NCBI GenBank assembly: GCA_009602725.1
Contig: WELB01000026.1
Coordinates: 557,580-621,579 of the forward strand
Origin: Spirogloea muscicola
Lineage: Eukaryota
Direction: 5' to 3'
Length of the DNA: 64,000 nucleotides
Within the stretch, counting starts at the first letter, position 1; each line of letters starts with the position of its first letter. Both the position numbers and the translations under genes were made by a program. Shown piece after piece: positions 51,201 to 64,000 of this stretch. The notes under the pieces are model-generated. The model had not been told where the DNA came from, made no database searches, and saw nothing but the letters and a program-made list of their open reading frames with translations.

Positions 51201-54200
51201 CCACTTGCAACTAAGTCACTCAGGTTGCTGGATATTTCTTCAGGTACATCAAGCTGAAGCAGAGAACTTCCTTGCAGGTACTCCGACGTAGACAGTGAAG
51301 CTGCCAGCTTAGCAATGAGCCACTCATGGGAGATGCAATCTTGAACAGGGGCGTGTAAGCTCAAGATCTGGGCGATCGCGTCTATGGCGGGCTGCCTCCC
51401 AATCCTGATGGAAAAGAAGTTGTCAGATCAACATGGCTATGCTGCTGTAATGCATTCTCCCCAAAACATGGCGTACACCAATGCATACACCTAATTGAAC
51501 TGCTCATCTGCGTCTCAATTCAGGTGGTATTTGGGCCATGCCTACCCTGCTCGGATAATCAGCTCTCCACTGTCTGGAAGAGCTGGTGGGATCTCCACGC
51601 CTTCTTGCCGTTCCTCACCAGCTGACAATACAAAGCTGGACGAGAGCATCACTACCTCATGCAAAGCTTCCACCTGCAATTTTGCTTCGACTTGATCCTC
51701 GACCTCGTGCCCCACAACAGCCTTGAAGTGTAAAACAGCGACACCAACAGCATGTGCAGAGAAATGGAACACGGCCTGCATGAGGGAGCCAATGGTTGTC
51801 AAATGTTGAGGACTGAAGTGATGACTAGCTAGCTAGCTCTGCAAGCATGGGCTTCTCAACACACCTGTTGAAGCCTTGCTCTGAGTCTCATATTCACATG
51901 AAACAGTCTCTATGTGTCAACTACATTGCATGAGATACGAGTATAAGGACATACTAAAAGCATTTGTGCTTTCCGAGCAACTTCGAATGGGGCTGTGCAC
52001 CTGTACAAGTACTGCAACTAATTACCTCTCCGGTTGCTGGCCCCAGGATGTACTTGGTTGTTGTAGTATTACCCACAGTGCGTACCCCGCTCGATGTCAA
52101 TTCTATAGACACGTTAATACCCTTCTCTGGTGTATAGTTGTCCAATACAACATTTACTCCTGCCTCAAATACGTCTCCAAGCCTGACCAGTTTGGGGGCA
52201 GAAGCTCGAAGTGAGATTGATCTTCTCACTACCATCTGTGCCTCTGCAGAAGCAAACCTGTGGTCTTTGGTAGCTGCATAGGCATTAATAGCTAGTGAAC
52301 GCACATTGGCAGGTAGCTGGAAGGTGACAGCCACCTGCAATCAAAGAGTGAGCTATATATAGGTTATTGATTGCCAGATCGTTGATTTGTTTTTGCCTTC
52401 CAGAGCAATTGCTAGACCACATGTGTGCAGCGAATTGACGAACACTGAATATTGGTCATGCCTTGCTTACCTTGCCAAGCTTGTCAGAAACGACCTGGGT
52501 TGCAAAGAGTAGCGTGGGATTGAAGTGTGTTCTCCTTCTGAAGAGTATAGCATCATGCTCATTCTGAACAAGTGTGGCGGCATTGGTGATACGAGACGTC
52601 TTCACCTCTGCCCACTTGGCTAGCTTCTCACGCTTCAATATTGCATCAGCTACACTGAAAGTATCACGGCTCCTCCTCAAGTCAGCTGCTCATATTGAAA
52701 CAAGGCAAGGTTGAGCTTCTGGTGACAGGTGTCTACAACTCTGTCCTTTAAGCCATACCCGTCATGTGCTGAAAGTCAAATCTATGGTGGCAGCCACTCA
52801 TAACAGCCCAGGCACGCCAATCCAGTGCAGATTCACCGAATTTAGATTTCGATTCAGACCAAACCTGTCTCATCAGAAAGGCTGGAAGTAAATTGCATCA
52901 AGGCCTCGTTTACATCCATGTCAATGACTCTCTTGTGGCAGAAATCAGCTCTGAAGGGCTCCAACAGATTGTTTCCACGGTGGAGGTCTTGTATACTGTG
53001 AAAGACAAGTCCAAGTCGGAATGTAAGTTAGTATCATTCACTCCTTCCATTAAGCCTTCTTTTCATTGGGCACAGCTAGTTCCCCAGCATCAGCAGGTTT
53101 CGATGGTTATTTCAGAGTAGACACAAATCATCAGCAATTTCAAGCAGTAGTAGGCCCTATTTGACGAGGTGACAATCTGTGTACATACACAAGCCCAGGC
53201 TCAAGTTTCTTCAGCTGCTCAAATTTATTGACGACAGTCTGGAGGTACTTAGGCGCCAGCAGGCGTTCCTGTGTTGACACCACCAGCGCTTCATACATTT
53301 CGTTGTTGCTGACACTTGCTGTGTCAAATATCTCCTGAAGTGATGCCAAGGGGAATTGTGCCGTTTCCAAAGTGGCTTTGTCCACCGCGACAACCATCAG
53401 TTCAACATCAGATTCTGGTAAGCCACGGCAAGATATGCCAATGTCCACTGTCACTTCAGTGTCTGGCAGAAGTGCTGCTTCAGGAACAGACTGCGCATGC
53501 TTGCACGAGCATAAAGCTACTGGTTAATATCTGACATATCTCTGCAATTTGGAATAAGGACCTGTTCACTAGAGCGGAATTATCATGCTTCTCATTTTGC
53601 ATCAAACCGTGCCTGTGCTATATGACCAGAGTCACACGGACTAACCAAGTCAACTTTCAATGCTCCATCTATCTGCCGGATGGGTAGTATCAAGAACATG
53701 CTGTGGGTGGTGGGGGCATTGATGTCAAATGTTGCAGTTGAAGGGATAGTTGCCAATCTCTTGGATAATAGTGTGGATACTTGTCGAGGAACTGCTACAA
53801 GCTACCACATACAGGAGCAAGCACAGCTTATTAGAGATGATGTCATCTTCAAGCCAAAGGGAAGGTAAAGCAAGCCCATCTCTGCAACTCAGCCACCGAT
53901 AGAAGACTGCCAGAACTTACAATTTGCAGTGCACAGCCTTTACTACACTCATCTCCAATTGGGATAGAAATTGAGGTTCTTGGAAATCCATGCAGCTTGA
54001 AGGTCTTCATTTGACGTCCATTCGTTGGTCCCCACATTGTCAGGGCCCAAGCATCAACATATGGTGTATCGAAGGAGACCACCGCTGTGTCTCCTATACT
54101 GTATTCCTCTTTGTCCAGTATGCTTATGAAACGCCCATGCCAGGACAAAGGGCAGTCTTTCCATTGCTGCAATAGAAAGGTTGTGTGACTGTAAGTGCTG

Positions 54201-57200
54201 CAGCAAATTAGCCAAAACATCCTCACATGTCAATGTCAAGGTGTAATACTGTCTATGCAAGACTACCCACCCACTCATTACTATGTATTCACCTGCTTGG
54301 AAGACCCTAGTTGAAGGGCACTGCATATCTCAATGCCAGATGCATCATTGAGGCAACCTCTCAGAAGATACTGGGCCACTTTGCGCATCTGGAAGCTGCA
54401 CAAGGAACCTGCATGATGATGACCAGGTTTTTGTAGTTTGCTACTTGGATCCAGAGTCGTTGCATTGGTGAGGCAAGTAGAGACTTCCTTTATTTGCGAC
54501 GTGCCATTTGTGCTTGTCCGATTGACTAGCAATGTCAATTTAACCACTTGTGAGTATACATCTTCAACCAGTAGGGGTCGATCTATCAAAGCTCTTTTCA
54601 AAAGCACTTGAACACCTGCATGGAGGGTAGTGAGTGAGCAATGCTGGTGATTGTGGCATCCTTGGTAACATTCCTGCATCAAACATGCAATGAACGTCCA
54701 GACGTTCTGCATAGTCATGTGATGTCATATCATGGATTGCACCTACGGCCTCCCTCTAAGCTATGAGCAGCGGATATATAGCTTGTGTTCTCACCAAAGT
54801 GTTGCCCAGGCAAAGGAAAACTCTGTGTGAGCAGTAGTGTGAGACTGAGCTCGCTCTTGGCTATGGGTATGTACAGGTGCCTGACAATCATCTCCCCGCT
54901 AGGGCCCACAACTTTTGCTGTCAGCCAAAGAGATTGTTGTGCGAATTCTTGGCTAGCTATATGCAGCCTGAAGACGGCCGATCCCTCTGACGTGCAAGCA
55001 ATGGAGGTGGAACCAGGGTTGGTTGAGGTCTTGCTTTCACTTTCCTTGGCAGCACAATTCTCTTCCATGAAAGTGATCAAAGGCCTGTCCTCCATTGCAG
55101 TGTCAATTTGGGAGCTAGGAGCTGTTGTCACTTCCCAACTAACTTGGATCATAGCACCCGCCACAGGTGCACCTGTGTAGGTCCTCATCTTTGCAGTGAA
55201 ACTCAGACACTCTCCAGGCCTTGCCACCACTTGATCCGCAACGAGGTCAAGCGTCAGAACAGGTGCTTGCTCTCCAAGTACATGGAATTCTGTTGTAGTC
55301 AGTGTCACCAATTTATGGTCATATAGCAAGCTTGAGTCTTGCCCTGCCTGCAGCCCTGCTGTTGCTCCTGCCATGTTGCCCATGCGCTGCTCATATGCTG
55401 CAGTATGCCAGGAGGAGCCAAATCTGTCATTTTCTTGAGAATCACTACCCCTCATCTCTTCTTCAACATCTTCACGTGAATGTCGTAGCTCTTGCCACGC
55501 TGCAGGCTGCATGGAGGGCTCCATGGCCGTTGCCTCAGTTGTCATAACAAGCTCCATCATGTATGAGCCAGGCATGGTGCCAGCTGGTATGTGGATCTCT
55601 GCTGAGAAGCTTCCATAGGTTGGATCAAGTACAACTGGGTGCTTTTTGAAGGTGGTTGATGGCCTCACTCTAACATAGAAATTGGCCGTCAAGGATGAAA
55701 GCTGCAACTGAGGATCACAACGCAGACACGTAAAAGCTCACTTGCAGAATTGCTCAGTCAAGTCGACTCCGCCGCATAGTACAATGTGATAGCGTGCCTA
55801 GCCACAAATCTCATGGACGCTGACTTGCACCTCTATCCTGCAATTACAGATGCAAGATGCCAACAGAGGACTGCAGTCAATGCCTATCGATGTACAGGGC
55901 CTACTCACACCAAACCAGAGGGCATTGCATTCGCACCTCAGAATGCTTCACTTGGCGCACATACCCTTTCACCATCAAGCTCTCATTTGCATAGTACATG
56001 AGTCGATCTAGAATCAGAATGGCTGTGTGACGGTCTGATTTGACATGCTGGTCAAGAAACTGGTATGGCATGGACAGTTGGATGGCCTTCATATCGTGCA
56101 GAATGAAAGCAACATAACTCGACTCGCAGCACTCCGGTAGCTTGAAAGAAGCCAGCCCCTTCTCATCTGTGCTTCTTGTGAAATTCATGTTCTTTCCTCT
56201 TTTGCGCTCCCATGGATTGTGCTGCAACCGTGATTAACTCATGGAACCATCACTGTGCTTGATGTAGGTAGATAGCATATTAAGATGACAAGCTTAGGGA
56301 TGAAGCACCTGCCTGCTCATTTACACTATGGGCATGCATCTGTATGAGTTAGAAAGCAGTTGATTATTTGCTGGTCGCTTGAGCTCACATGGAAACATGA
56401 TTGAATACATTTACTAGGTATGCATGGTCTTGACCACAGCCCAATCTCAAGCTGGGATGTACATGCTACAGCATAACGAAATGTAATGGCATAGAGCAGA
56501 AAGCATTAAGGGTAAAGAGGCACCGAGGCTTGGATGTATAAGGCAGCCAATGACCTTTATTAAGTGGACTTGCGCTTTCTTGATGGGGCTCCCTGTCTTG
56601 AGATCAACCACCCAAAAGTGAACATTCAGGTCCTCAAAGAAGTATGAAGCCCCAAGGCCTGTCTCCCCTATTGTCATCAGTCTGTGATTCACCAAAGTCT
56701 CCTCCTCTATGTCCTGCTCTAGCTTTTGCAACGTGAAAAGCCTGCACTTGGCAACTGTGAGGCTAGTCATGACATGCTTTATCCATCCTCTTTATAATGC
56801 ATCTGTAATGTGGAAAGCCAGCCCAAGTAAAGCATGACTTGATTCAGTTACATGCCCTGTAGTCATTGCTCATATACTTTGGGGCCTGTGCTTGGTAGTC
56901 CCTTCAAAGTCCTGCATTGGTGACATCATGCAGCACGGGTGTTGTGAAAATACATCTACGAAGTTGTACTATGGTAGCAGCAGTAGTTGGAGGAGGAGAA
57001 GGCACCCTGAAGTCCCCAGGAGCCTACTAGCATTGACAGGTGTTATTTGCATTGCCTCCTCAGACATGAGGTCAACCTGCCAAAAGACAAACAGCCACTG
57101 TAAGAAATTTTCCAAGGCATTCTGTATAGAAAGGAGCAGATTTTAACTCATGACCTTATGGTGAAGGGTTGAGGGTGAACAACCCCTGAAGGCAAAGCAA

Positions 57201-60200
57201 AAGTAAGATGCTCAACAACAAGGTGCTCACAGAAAAGTCAGGAGGACGTCTTGAGACTCCCATTGCGCGCCACTCATGGAGGCCAGGATTTAAGCTCCAC
57301 TTGCTTAATGTGCTTACGTCACCTTCAATATTTCAAGCTCTCACAGACAGCAACCTGAGATATGTGTCAGATGATTGCTGCTCCTTGATGCAGCTGCTAC
57401 TTCTACAGTCCAAGAATTGCTCTGCAATTCTCTGCATAAACCCTGTGAAGGCAGAGTAGCAGCAACAGCGCAGCTCCTAATGGCATGAACAGACCTTGTT
57501 GCACGAAACTCTACAGGCCTTTGGGTGAAGATGGGCCAAGTACCATCCCAACCTGTTCCCTCCTCCAACAAAGGTCCATGTAGTGCCGCTGCAAATGCCC
57601 ATCACGTCAGGACTCTTCGGGTTCTGACAGCAGCCTGCCAACATCTGATGATACTATACTGGCTTGTGTAAGCAGGGGCAGTCTGGTGTTCTGCCAATCA
57701 TTGTAGCAGAACAGCAATGACTTGTAATACCATAATCGCTCCAGGAGAACTGCGGATTGGGTGCATCTGTGAAGAGCAGAGATGCATTGGCCATGTTGAA
57801 TATGACACTCGAACTCTCCAAAGGTTGCCCGTATCCATCTATTACAAGGCTCGTGTTCCGAATGAAGAGCATCTGTCATGCAGATCATGTGAAGATCAGC
57901 TAGGATGCAATAGCACTAATATGATGAGTTTGGTTGAGATGCAACATCAATGACACTGGTGTGGAACACACACTGGTGTATGGCATACGCTCAATGGTGA
58001 TGGAGGCGTTAGACAGGAGTACTGGACAAAGATAAGCTCTTGAGGCCAATCAGACAATTCATGCTCACGTATTTGCGTCCGCATTCCAACGGAGTGTGAA
58101 TACAAATGGAGCCTGCTGATAAGCGTGACACGTTGAAAGGCAGTGGCATGCCATAAGTTCCCTTTCCTCTCAACTCTTGCACAACAAAAGCTTCCCTCAA
58201 TGCCCTCCTTGTCACAGCTGTCCCTAGTCCATGTGGGAGGTTGAGCACAAGGCGACGATAGCTGATGCACTCACAACAGCAAAGTCAGCAAAATTAAACC
58301 CAATGCAGGAAAACATGTCAGCATACGTTCCACTAGTTGATGACGAGCAGTGCCACCCTCGGTATAAGATGGACGCTGACAAAAAATCACGACAGACTGA
58401 GTTACTCCTTACAAGACTGTGTTGTAATCTCTCAGATGTCGTCGCATCTTCCTTGGAAACAAGTAATGGCTGCTGATATCAACAAGCGGCCTTGTCTCCT
58501 TAAAAAGTGGGATCAAGAATCTGCAGAGTCCTGTGATCTTGACACTGAAGGGGGTGCTCATTGGTCCTCCAAGTGGGTGAAGCTTTGCACCCTCTGCAAA
58601 TGTCAGCCTGTACTCTGACCCCCACTGTAATGCACCTCCTACAGAGCTTGATGTCAGCTGCACAATCACAACCGATTGTGCATACTGATGGGGCCTATGG
58701 TCCTGAGAGGACCACCCATAACCGACTTCTCTCTGCATCATGCTGTATGTCTGCCATGGCGAAGCTAGCCAATCTGGCGGATCTTGCCACCTTGTGACGT
58801 TGATTTTAAGTTGAGACGTAGCAGCCCCAGAAGTGGGCAATATCTGGCAAAAACGCAGTGGTAGGCATTGCTGCAAATGAGAGATAGTTGGGGTCCTTCC
58901 AGAGCAATTATTGTTACGTGAGTGACCAGACCTACACAATCCAGCAGCTCCGGTTACGCCATTGCAGGTGGAAGCTAGACGCCACACTTCTTGGCTGAGG
59001 GCTGAATCCATACCCTTAAAGCCTCCTGCACCCGTGCAATGTTGACAGCGCTTGAGAACGTGAGGACAAGTCTGCAGACAAGCAGCCATTTGATTGTTAA
59101 AAAGACAGGAGAACACCTGGGAACATCCAGACCAAATGCAGCCTCTTGAGTGTGGGAGATGGACACAAACGTGATCCTTGTGAATTCAAGGGATGTCGCC
59201 GTGAGAGGGCTGCGCTTGCAATGCAGAGGCAGGATGATCTGATACCTTCCATCAGGGGGCACTTCACGAGTGGCTGACAGTTCCTCATGATGGCCGCTGT
59301 AGCACTGCTGGCTTGACCACATGCCACCCTGCAAAAGTAGAATCTTAGCAGCATGATGCACACAATCGAGTTGCAGCTTGGCGCACGGAGGTTGAGGGCA
59401 TATGTATTTATACTATACATATAGTATGTCATAAAAGTCAGTATGTCACTCAGTTTAAAAGTCTTCATGCACTGCGTACTGTGAAGTTGGTGGCACTGGT
59501 GGATAGAACAGTGGCCACACTGATATTCAAGGGCCTTGTGTGGAGTATCAGCTTGTGGTCTCACAATCCAACGGTATCCAGCCTGCAGTCACATGTTGCC
59601 TGACTATTCAGTTGCCATCGACAGTATCCAGCCTGCAGTCACATGTTGCCTGACCATTCATTGCCATCACGCATTCTAACAGAAGCTGGATCAGGTGAGT
59701 CATGCCTAAGTGTTCAGAATTAGCAGCAATGTGGATCCGAGGCCTGAGCAGTCCACTCACTGACAACCGTCAAAAGAGGTGTAGTTACGACAAAGATTTA
59801 GTGCGATGGTCAGATCAGGAGGCCAGGTTTCATCAGGGTCAAATCTGAACACTGAGGTAGAGACCCTGCATGATGCGGGTAAAGTGTGTCTGAGGAGAGG
59901 ACAAACGTGACATTCAGTCGCAAGGTTGGAAAAGTGGCTTCATTGGTACAAAGAAATTTGGCAATCTGAACCTTCTCGATTAGCAGCAACATACGTGCAC
60001 CACACGAAGACATATGTGGACCCAACACTGCTGCTGCAAGTTGGGAAGGATGTGGCTGACCAGTGGTATTTGCCAGGAACTGGCTCAGAAAGAACAAAAG
60101 GTTGTTGACCTCCGCTTCTGCCGTGGTCGGCACCCAGTGCTAGGGCAGCCTTTGTGAAGGTCATCTGCACTCGTTAGAATTGAATTGGCTGCAGGCATTC

Positions 60201-61150
60201 GAGATGGAGCAGTTGCTGTGATAGTGTATTGCAAACTGATGCGAATCTGTCACCTCAACTGTTGAGCCGAGAGTACTAGAGAACTCCTGCTTGACATGAA
60301 AGTATGGCCATCTAATCGTAAGAGCCCCAACAAAATACACCACACCACCCTTCCAGGATAGATTGTGTGAAACACGCGCAAAGACTCACAGTAATCGGTG
60401 TCCAGCCATCGAGTTCTGGTTGTGACATGTCGCTCATTGGTGCTGGCTCAATTGACACTATCCTGAAAGGAAGCAAGCCTGTAGCAGCAGGCAGGAGGCA
60501 GGGGGACACACTTAGGAACAGGCTAATACAGCTGCAGGTGCTTCAGCTTAGCAAAGAGCAGCACAGTGTGTAATTAACGTGCATGGGCTGGTATATCCTA
60601 TACCCTTGCTTCATCTCAGCAGCATAGAAGGGCAGATGATTCTGCAGCACCACGGCACGCTCAGTCAAGTTACAAGGCAATCTGCCGACGCAGAGCGGCT
60701 TGGGTCACTGTATTACCAGCTCCAGGACGAATGCAGCTGATGACAACTAGAAAGTACAGGCCTGCAGCAGCAGCACCACCAGCCCCTGCATGGCCCGAGA
60801 GACGTTAGGGGAAGCTCAATTGACTTGGGCACTCGGCAGAACAGGACGAAGCTGACGTAGCGGCTCTATGGCGGCAATGCACCAGGCAGCACTACAGCAA
60901 GTGCGCAAGAGCGCGTGTGCTGTCACTGCGGAGCGTTGGTGGTCACAGTGGCATTCACTTCGCTCCTCGCTCCAAGCTCCAACGGTCATGACGACGCAGC
61001 AGGCGACTGGAGCCAGCTGCAGTCTGGGTGCTTGCACACCGGAGCTGGCCTCCCGGGCCCAAGGCGACACCAGCATTCTCACACGGCAGGCCGCACTCGG
61101 TGGCGAGGCTCACCCGGCCAGCCGGTGGGAGAACGACGGCGCGACGCCAT
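48288..61150 (-). CDS. Bacterial-type alpha-2-macroglobulin family protein with signal peptide, degenerate EGF repeat, TM helix and short cytoplasmic tail (>25 exons)
   Basis: VVDLKTGSPI, STDEKGLASF, ILDR..Y, YGSFSAEIHIP..PGSY, LDKEEYSIGDTA, VVAVDKATL, VTFQLPAN..F..A...[65 protein letters not shown]. Splices on to CPHGCSGHGVRNGLTNKYICDKFFQGADC and IYHFLIFSSGVVAILAAYLFY. Putative start exon MASRRRSPTGWP at 61150. Confidence 0.85.
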
Positions 61151-61334
61151 GGTCGCAGCGGCGCACCGAGCTGCCCGCGGCGGCGAGCTCGCCGCCGCCG
61201 CGCCCGTGGCGGGCCGGGGCAGTCACCACGATCAGGAGGCAGGCAGAGGCCGGGTCGATCTGTGTCGTGGGAGTTGGCGAGGGGGTCTTGCCTTCTCCAC
61301 GAGGGGCCTGGCGCGGAACGGGCATTGGAGGTCC

Positions 61335-61610
61335 TTGGTCCGTTCTTTTTGGACTGGCGTTTCAAAGCACTCCGCCCTTTTAGCATGGGGCTTCCTTTAG
61401 TGTGGTGCGCTAGATTCTGCCCTGAAACAATGTGTTATCTTGGATTGGCTTCCCTTTCGCGTCATGCGCACCGCGCGCCTTCTCTCTCCTTTGATCGGGG
61501 GTATTTAGAGTCCCCCTTAGCCAGCTCATTACCCAGTTGACAGGACATTTGTAAGGCTAGAATTGGCCTCCCTTTCAATTTCATGCGCACCGCGCGCCGT
61601 CTCTTTCCTT
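61335..61610 (+). mobile_element. Retroelement 3'-end remnants upstream of the macroglobulin gene
   Basis: A type-B relic (tttttggactggcgtttcaaagc), then two type-A ends. 61495-61600 closely matches 1880-1985 (cggggg/ttat..tcccccttagccagctcattacccagtt..gtaaggctagaattggcctccctttcaatttcatgcgcaccgcgcgcc). Confidence 0.88.
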
Positions 61611-62510
61611 CGGGGCTTACAAATGGTGGGGGGCCTGGGCACGGGAGCCCCGACGGGGCGCCCCCCCCCCACGGGGGTTTGGCTAACCGGGTGCACCCCG
61701 CCCCTTTGACCCGGTTAGCTGGGTCCAGCCGGGGGGGCGGCCGGGTGGATATACCCCACCAGCGTGTGAAGGCGGGCTTGCGGCCCCGCGGGCGGGCGGG
61801 GTCGCGACTCCCGTTGACTCCCTCCACCCGGTGAATTCCCTCCCCCATTCCGTCGACTCTGTTGCCCCAGGTCGCCGCAAGCCGTTGGCTGCCTCCATGG
61901 CAATCGCCGCTTACTTGGCTCGATCGAGTCGACTCTCCGCCCATCGATGGGCTCGCGCCGTTTCGCTTGTCGTCGAAGACACCTTCGCTTCTTGACAATC
62001 TTGAGCCGACTGCCGCGCGCCCACCCCGCTCCCCCCCCTCCTCCCCCACTTGAGGTTGCTGAGATCCTTGTCCAGAGTCGTACCTCAAGTGCACCATCTA
62101 CCAATATCTACCTACTTGGATAGCGTTCACAACCGTTTTGCCCAACATAGTAAGCGCTTGCTCTTATTATCTGACACCTAGGGCACATCAGACTACCAAG
62201 CTGTCATGCTCAAAGTGCAGTGTGCATATCTAAAGTGTGTGACTTCTTTATGCATCATATGAGGCTGACGTTGCAGATTATAGGTTCCATTTGGAGGGTT
62301 GCCCAGATGAGCGGTACAGATTACAGCACCTTTGCCATATGCAGTAAAGGTGCTGGCTTCATGAGCCGCTTGACCAATAATTCTCTACATTCCAATACAG
62401 TTCCTCAAAGAATGTGGGCACAAGTCATGGCTTGTGGTGCCTGTGCAGCAAAAGTTTGTGTAGAATATTGCATTCCACTGACCCTCAACTGACCACCTCT
62501 CGAAGAACCA

Positions 62511-63866
62511 TCAAAAGGCTGTGTTGGCTTTTGCTTGGGCAGCAGCATTGTCTTGCTGAGGATTGAAGTCAGGTGCTCCGCTGCTGCTGGCACTGGGGTT
62601 GGTGCCAGGTAAGTGCAACCACCCAGATAAACCACGGCCCTTCAAGGAGGCCTCAATGGCCTCCATGCGCTGCTTCAATGTCCCCACCTGCCGCTCCAGC
62701 TCTGCATCCTTGGCTTTCAATGCCTGCACTTAAGAGATGCAATGAAGTTGCTCCTCAAATCACTGAAGTTGTCGTAGTGTGTTCCGTGTCAGGTGGAAAG
62801 TATTTCTTAGTCAGGACTTGGACCTATTGTAACCACTGTTCTTCCATTGCAGCCTTGTATGAAACTTGCACTTAGCACATGATTGCGCACACCTCGCGCT
62901 CTTGTCGGCGAGCCTCCTCTTTTCTTGACTCAGAGATGGCACTTCTTGATACTTCAAATATGACCACGCTCGTCCCAACCTGTGAGTGCACGCCAAAGTG
63001 CAGACATATCCAGACGTGTTGAGCATGCACTGTGGAGAGTGGCTAGCAAGTGTGCTCCTCCTAGGTCAATGTTGCTTGCCCACTCCAACATGTTGCCCTA
63101 GCTCTCAGCAATTTGTATCCTAGGCCCTTTAGACTCTACAATTCTGCTTAAGCAAAGATGCTCTGCCATTTTTGCAAAGTGAAGCTTGCTGGGCATGGTG
63201 CAATACCGAGAAGATGATTAGCTCTCCAACTAGGTCTGCGGCAGTGGACACAGCCGCCTCCTCATTCAGGGGCTTGACTGCTATGTCGGATGTCACGCCA
63301 TAGAGCTGCCTTTGCAAGCTGACATTAAGCTTGTGATACCCCTGCAGGTGCACGACACATCAACTTACTGGAACAATAGGGCAATCATGTGTGCGCACTT
63401 GTGCAATTGCCTAGACATGAGCAGAAAGACCACCATGCCACAAGAGGATCTAAGTTGGTGCCTAGCACGCAGATACCGTGACGAGACACAGTATGGACGC
63501 ATCACTGGTCAGCGGTGCCAAGGCTCAAATAGAAGCCAGTACACAAGCACTCAAGAGGCGCTGCAGGCCCATCGAAGGTGGCCCTCTTTTCAGAGGGCAC
63601 ATCCCCTTGTTGCTTCAACTCTGCCTCGTTCAAAGATTGAGGTGCCAGGCCTGAATCGAGTTGCCAACTTGCAAATTTGCATGGCTGCACTGTTGAAGAT
63701 GAGTAGGAGCAAGCCAAGGGGAGGAGCCTTGACGTGCCTGCGCGAAGTTGACGATGGCTTCCCGGAACTTGGGGTGGCTAGCAGCGCGGCGCTTCACCTG
63801 CGTGGCCAGCGGCTTGCTCAGGGTCCGCAGCAACAGTGTCCCAAGCTTCGCGAAGGGCAGAATCAT
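62511..63866 (-). CDS. OPA3: OPA3-like protein, 4 exons
   Basis: MILPFAKLGTLLLRTLSKPLA..HPKFR / KPLNEEAAV..AADLVGELIIFS / VG..VIFEVSRSA.SE.RKEE / coiled-coil tail. Confidence 0.93.
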
Positions 63867-64000
63867 GGTGTCGCCTTCGGCGCCGTCGCGGTAGCCGCCG
63901 ACGCCGCCACTGTTACCGCCGGTGGCGCGGCTCTCATGCTCCCCTTGCTGCGTCACTTGCAGGTGCCCCGCACTTAGGCCCAGGCCTCTCTGCTCGACGT

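Overview
Intron-rich, GC-rich eukaryotic nuclear DNA, inferred to be a streptophyte green alga (plant-type IGPS, BCAT, COX5B and OPA3, a pectin methylesterase, a MinC-like gene and plant-type telomeric motifs). Most ORFs in the six-frame track are spurious; real genes had to be spliced by eye, so exon boundaries are approximate. Genes found: malic enzyme (-), tRNA-Val(AAC), an SMP/LEA protein (+), a MinC C-terminal domain fused to a multi-pass membrane domain (-), IGPS (+), BCAT (-), a hypothetical protein (-), COX5B (+), pectin methylesterase (+), a HAD hydrolase (-), a DUF948-like protein (+), a ~13 kb bacterial-type alpha-2-macroglobulin ending in a degenerate EGF repeat and a transmembrane helix (-), and OPA3 (-). 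Most intergenic spaces, mainly those upstream of gene starts, hold islands of stacked, severely 5'-truncated non-LTR retroelements with a restriction-like endonuclease (RLE, CRE-like). About 20 copies share a C-terminal peptide S-L-S-D-L-x-L-L-T-R-G-Y-stop followed by one of three 3' terminal modules. An N-gap with a poly-T run (21049-21525) hides the 5' ends of two divergent genes.
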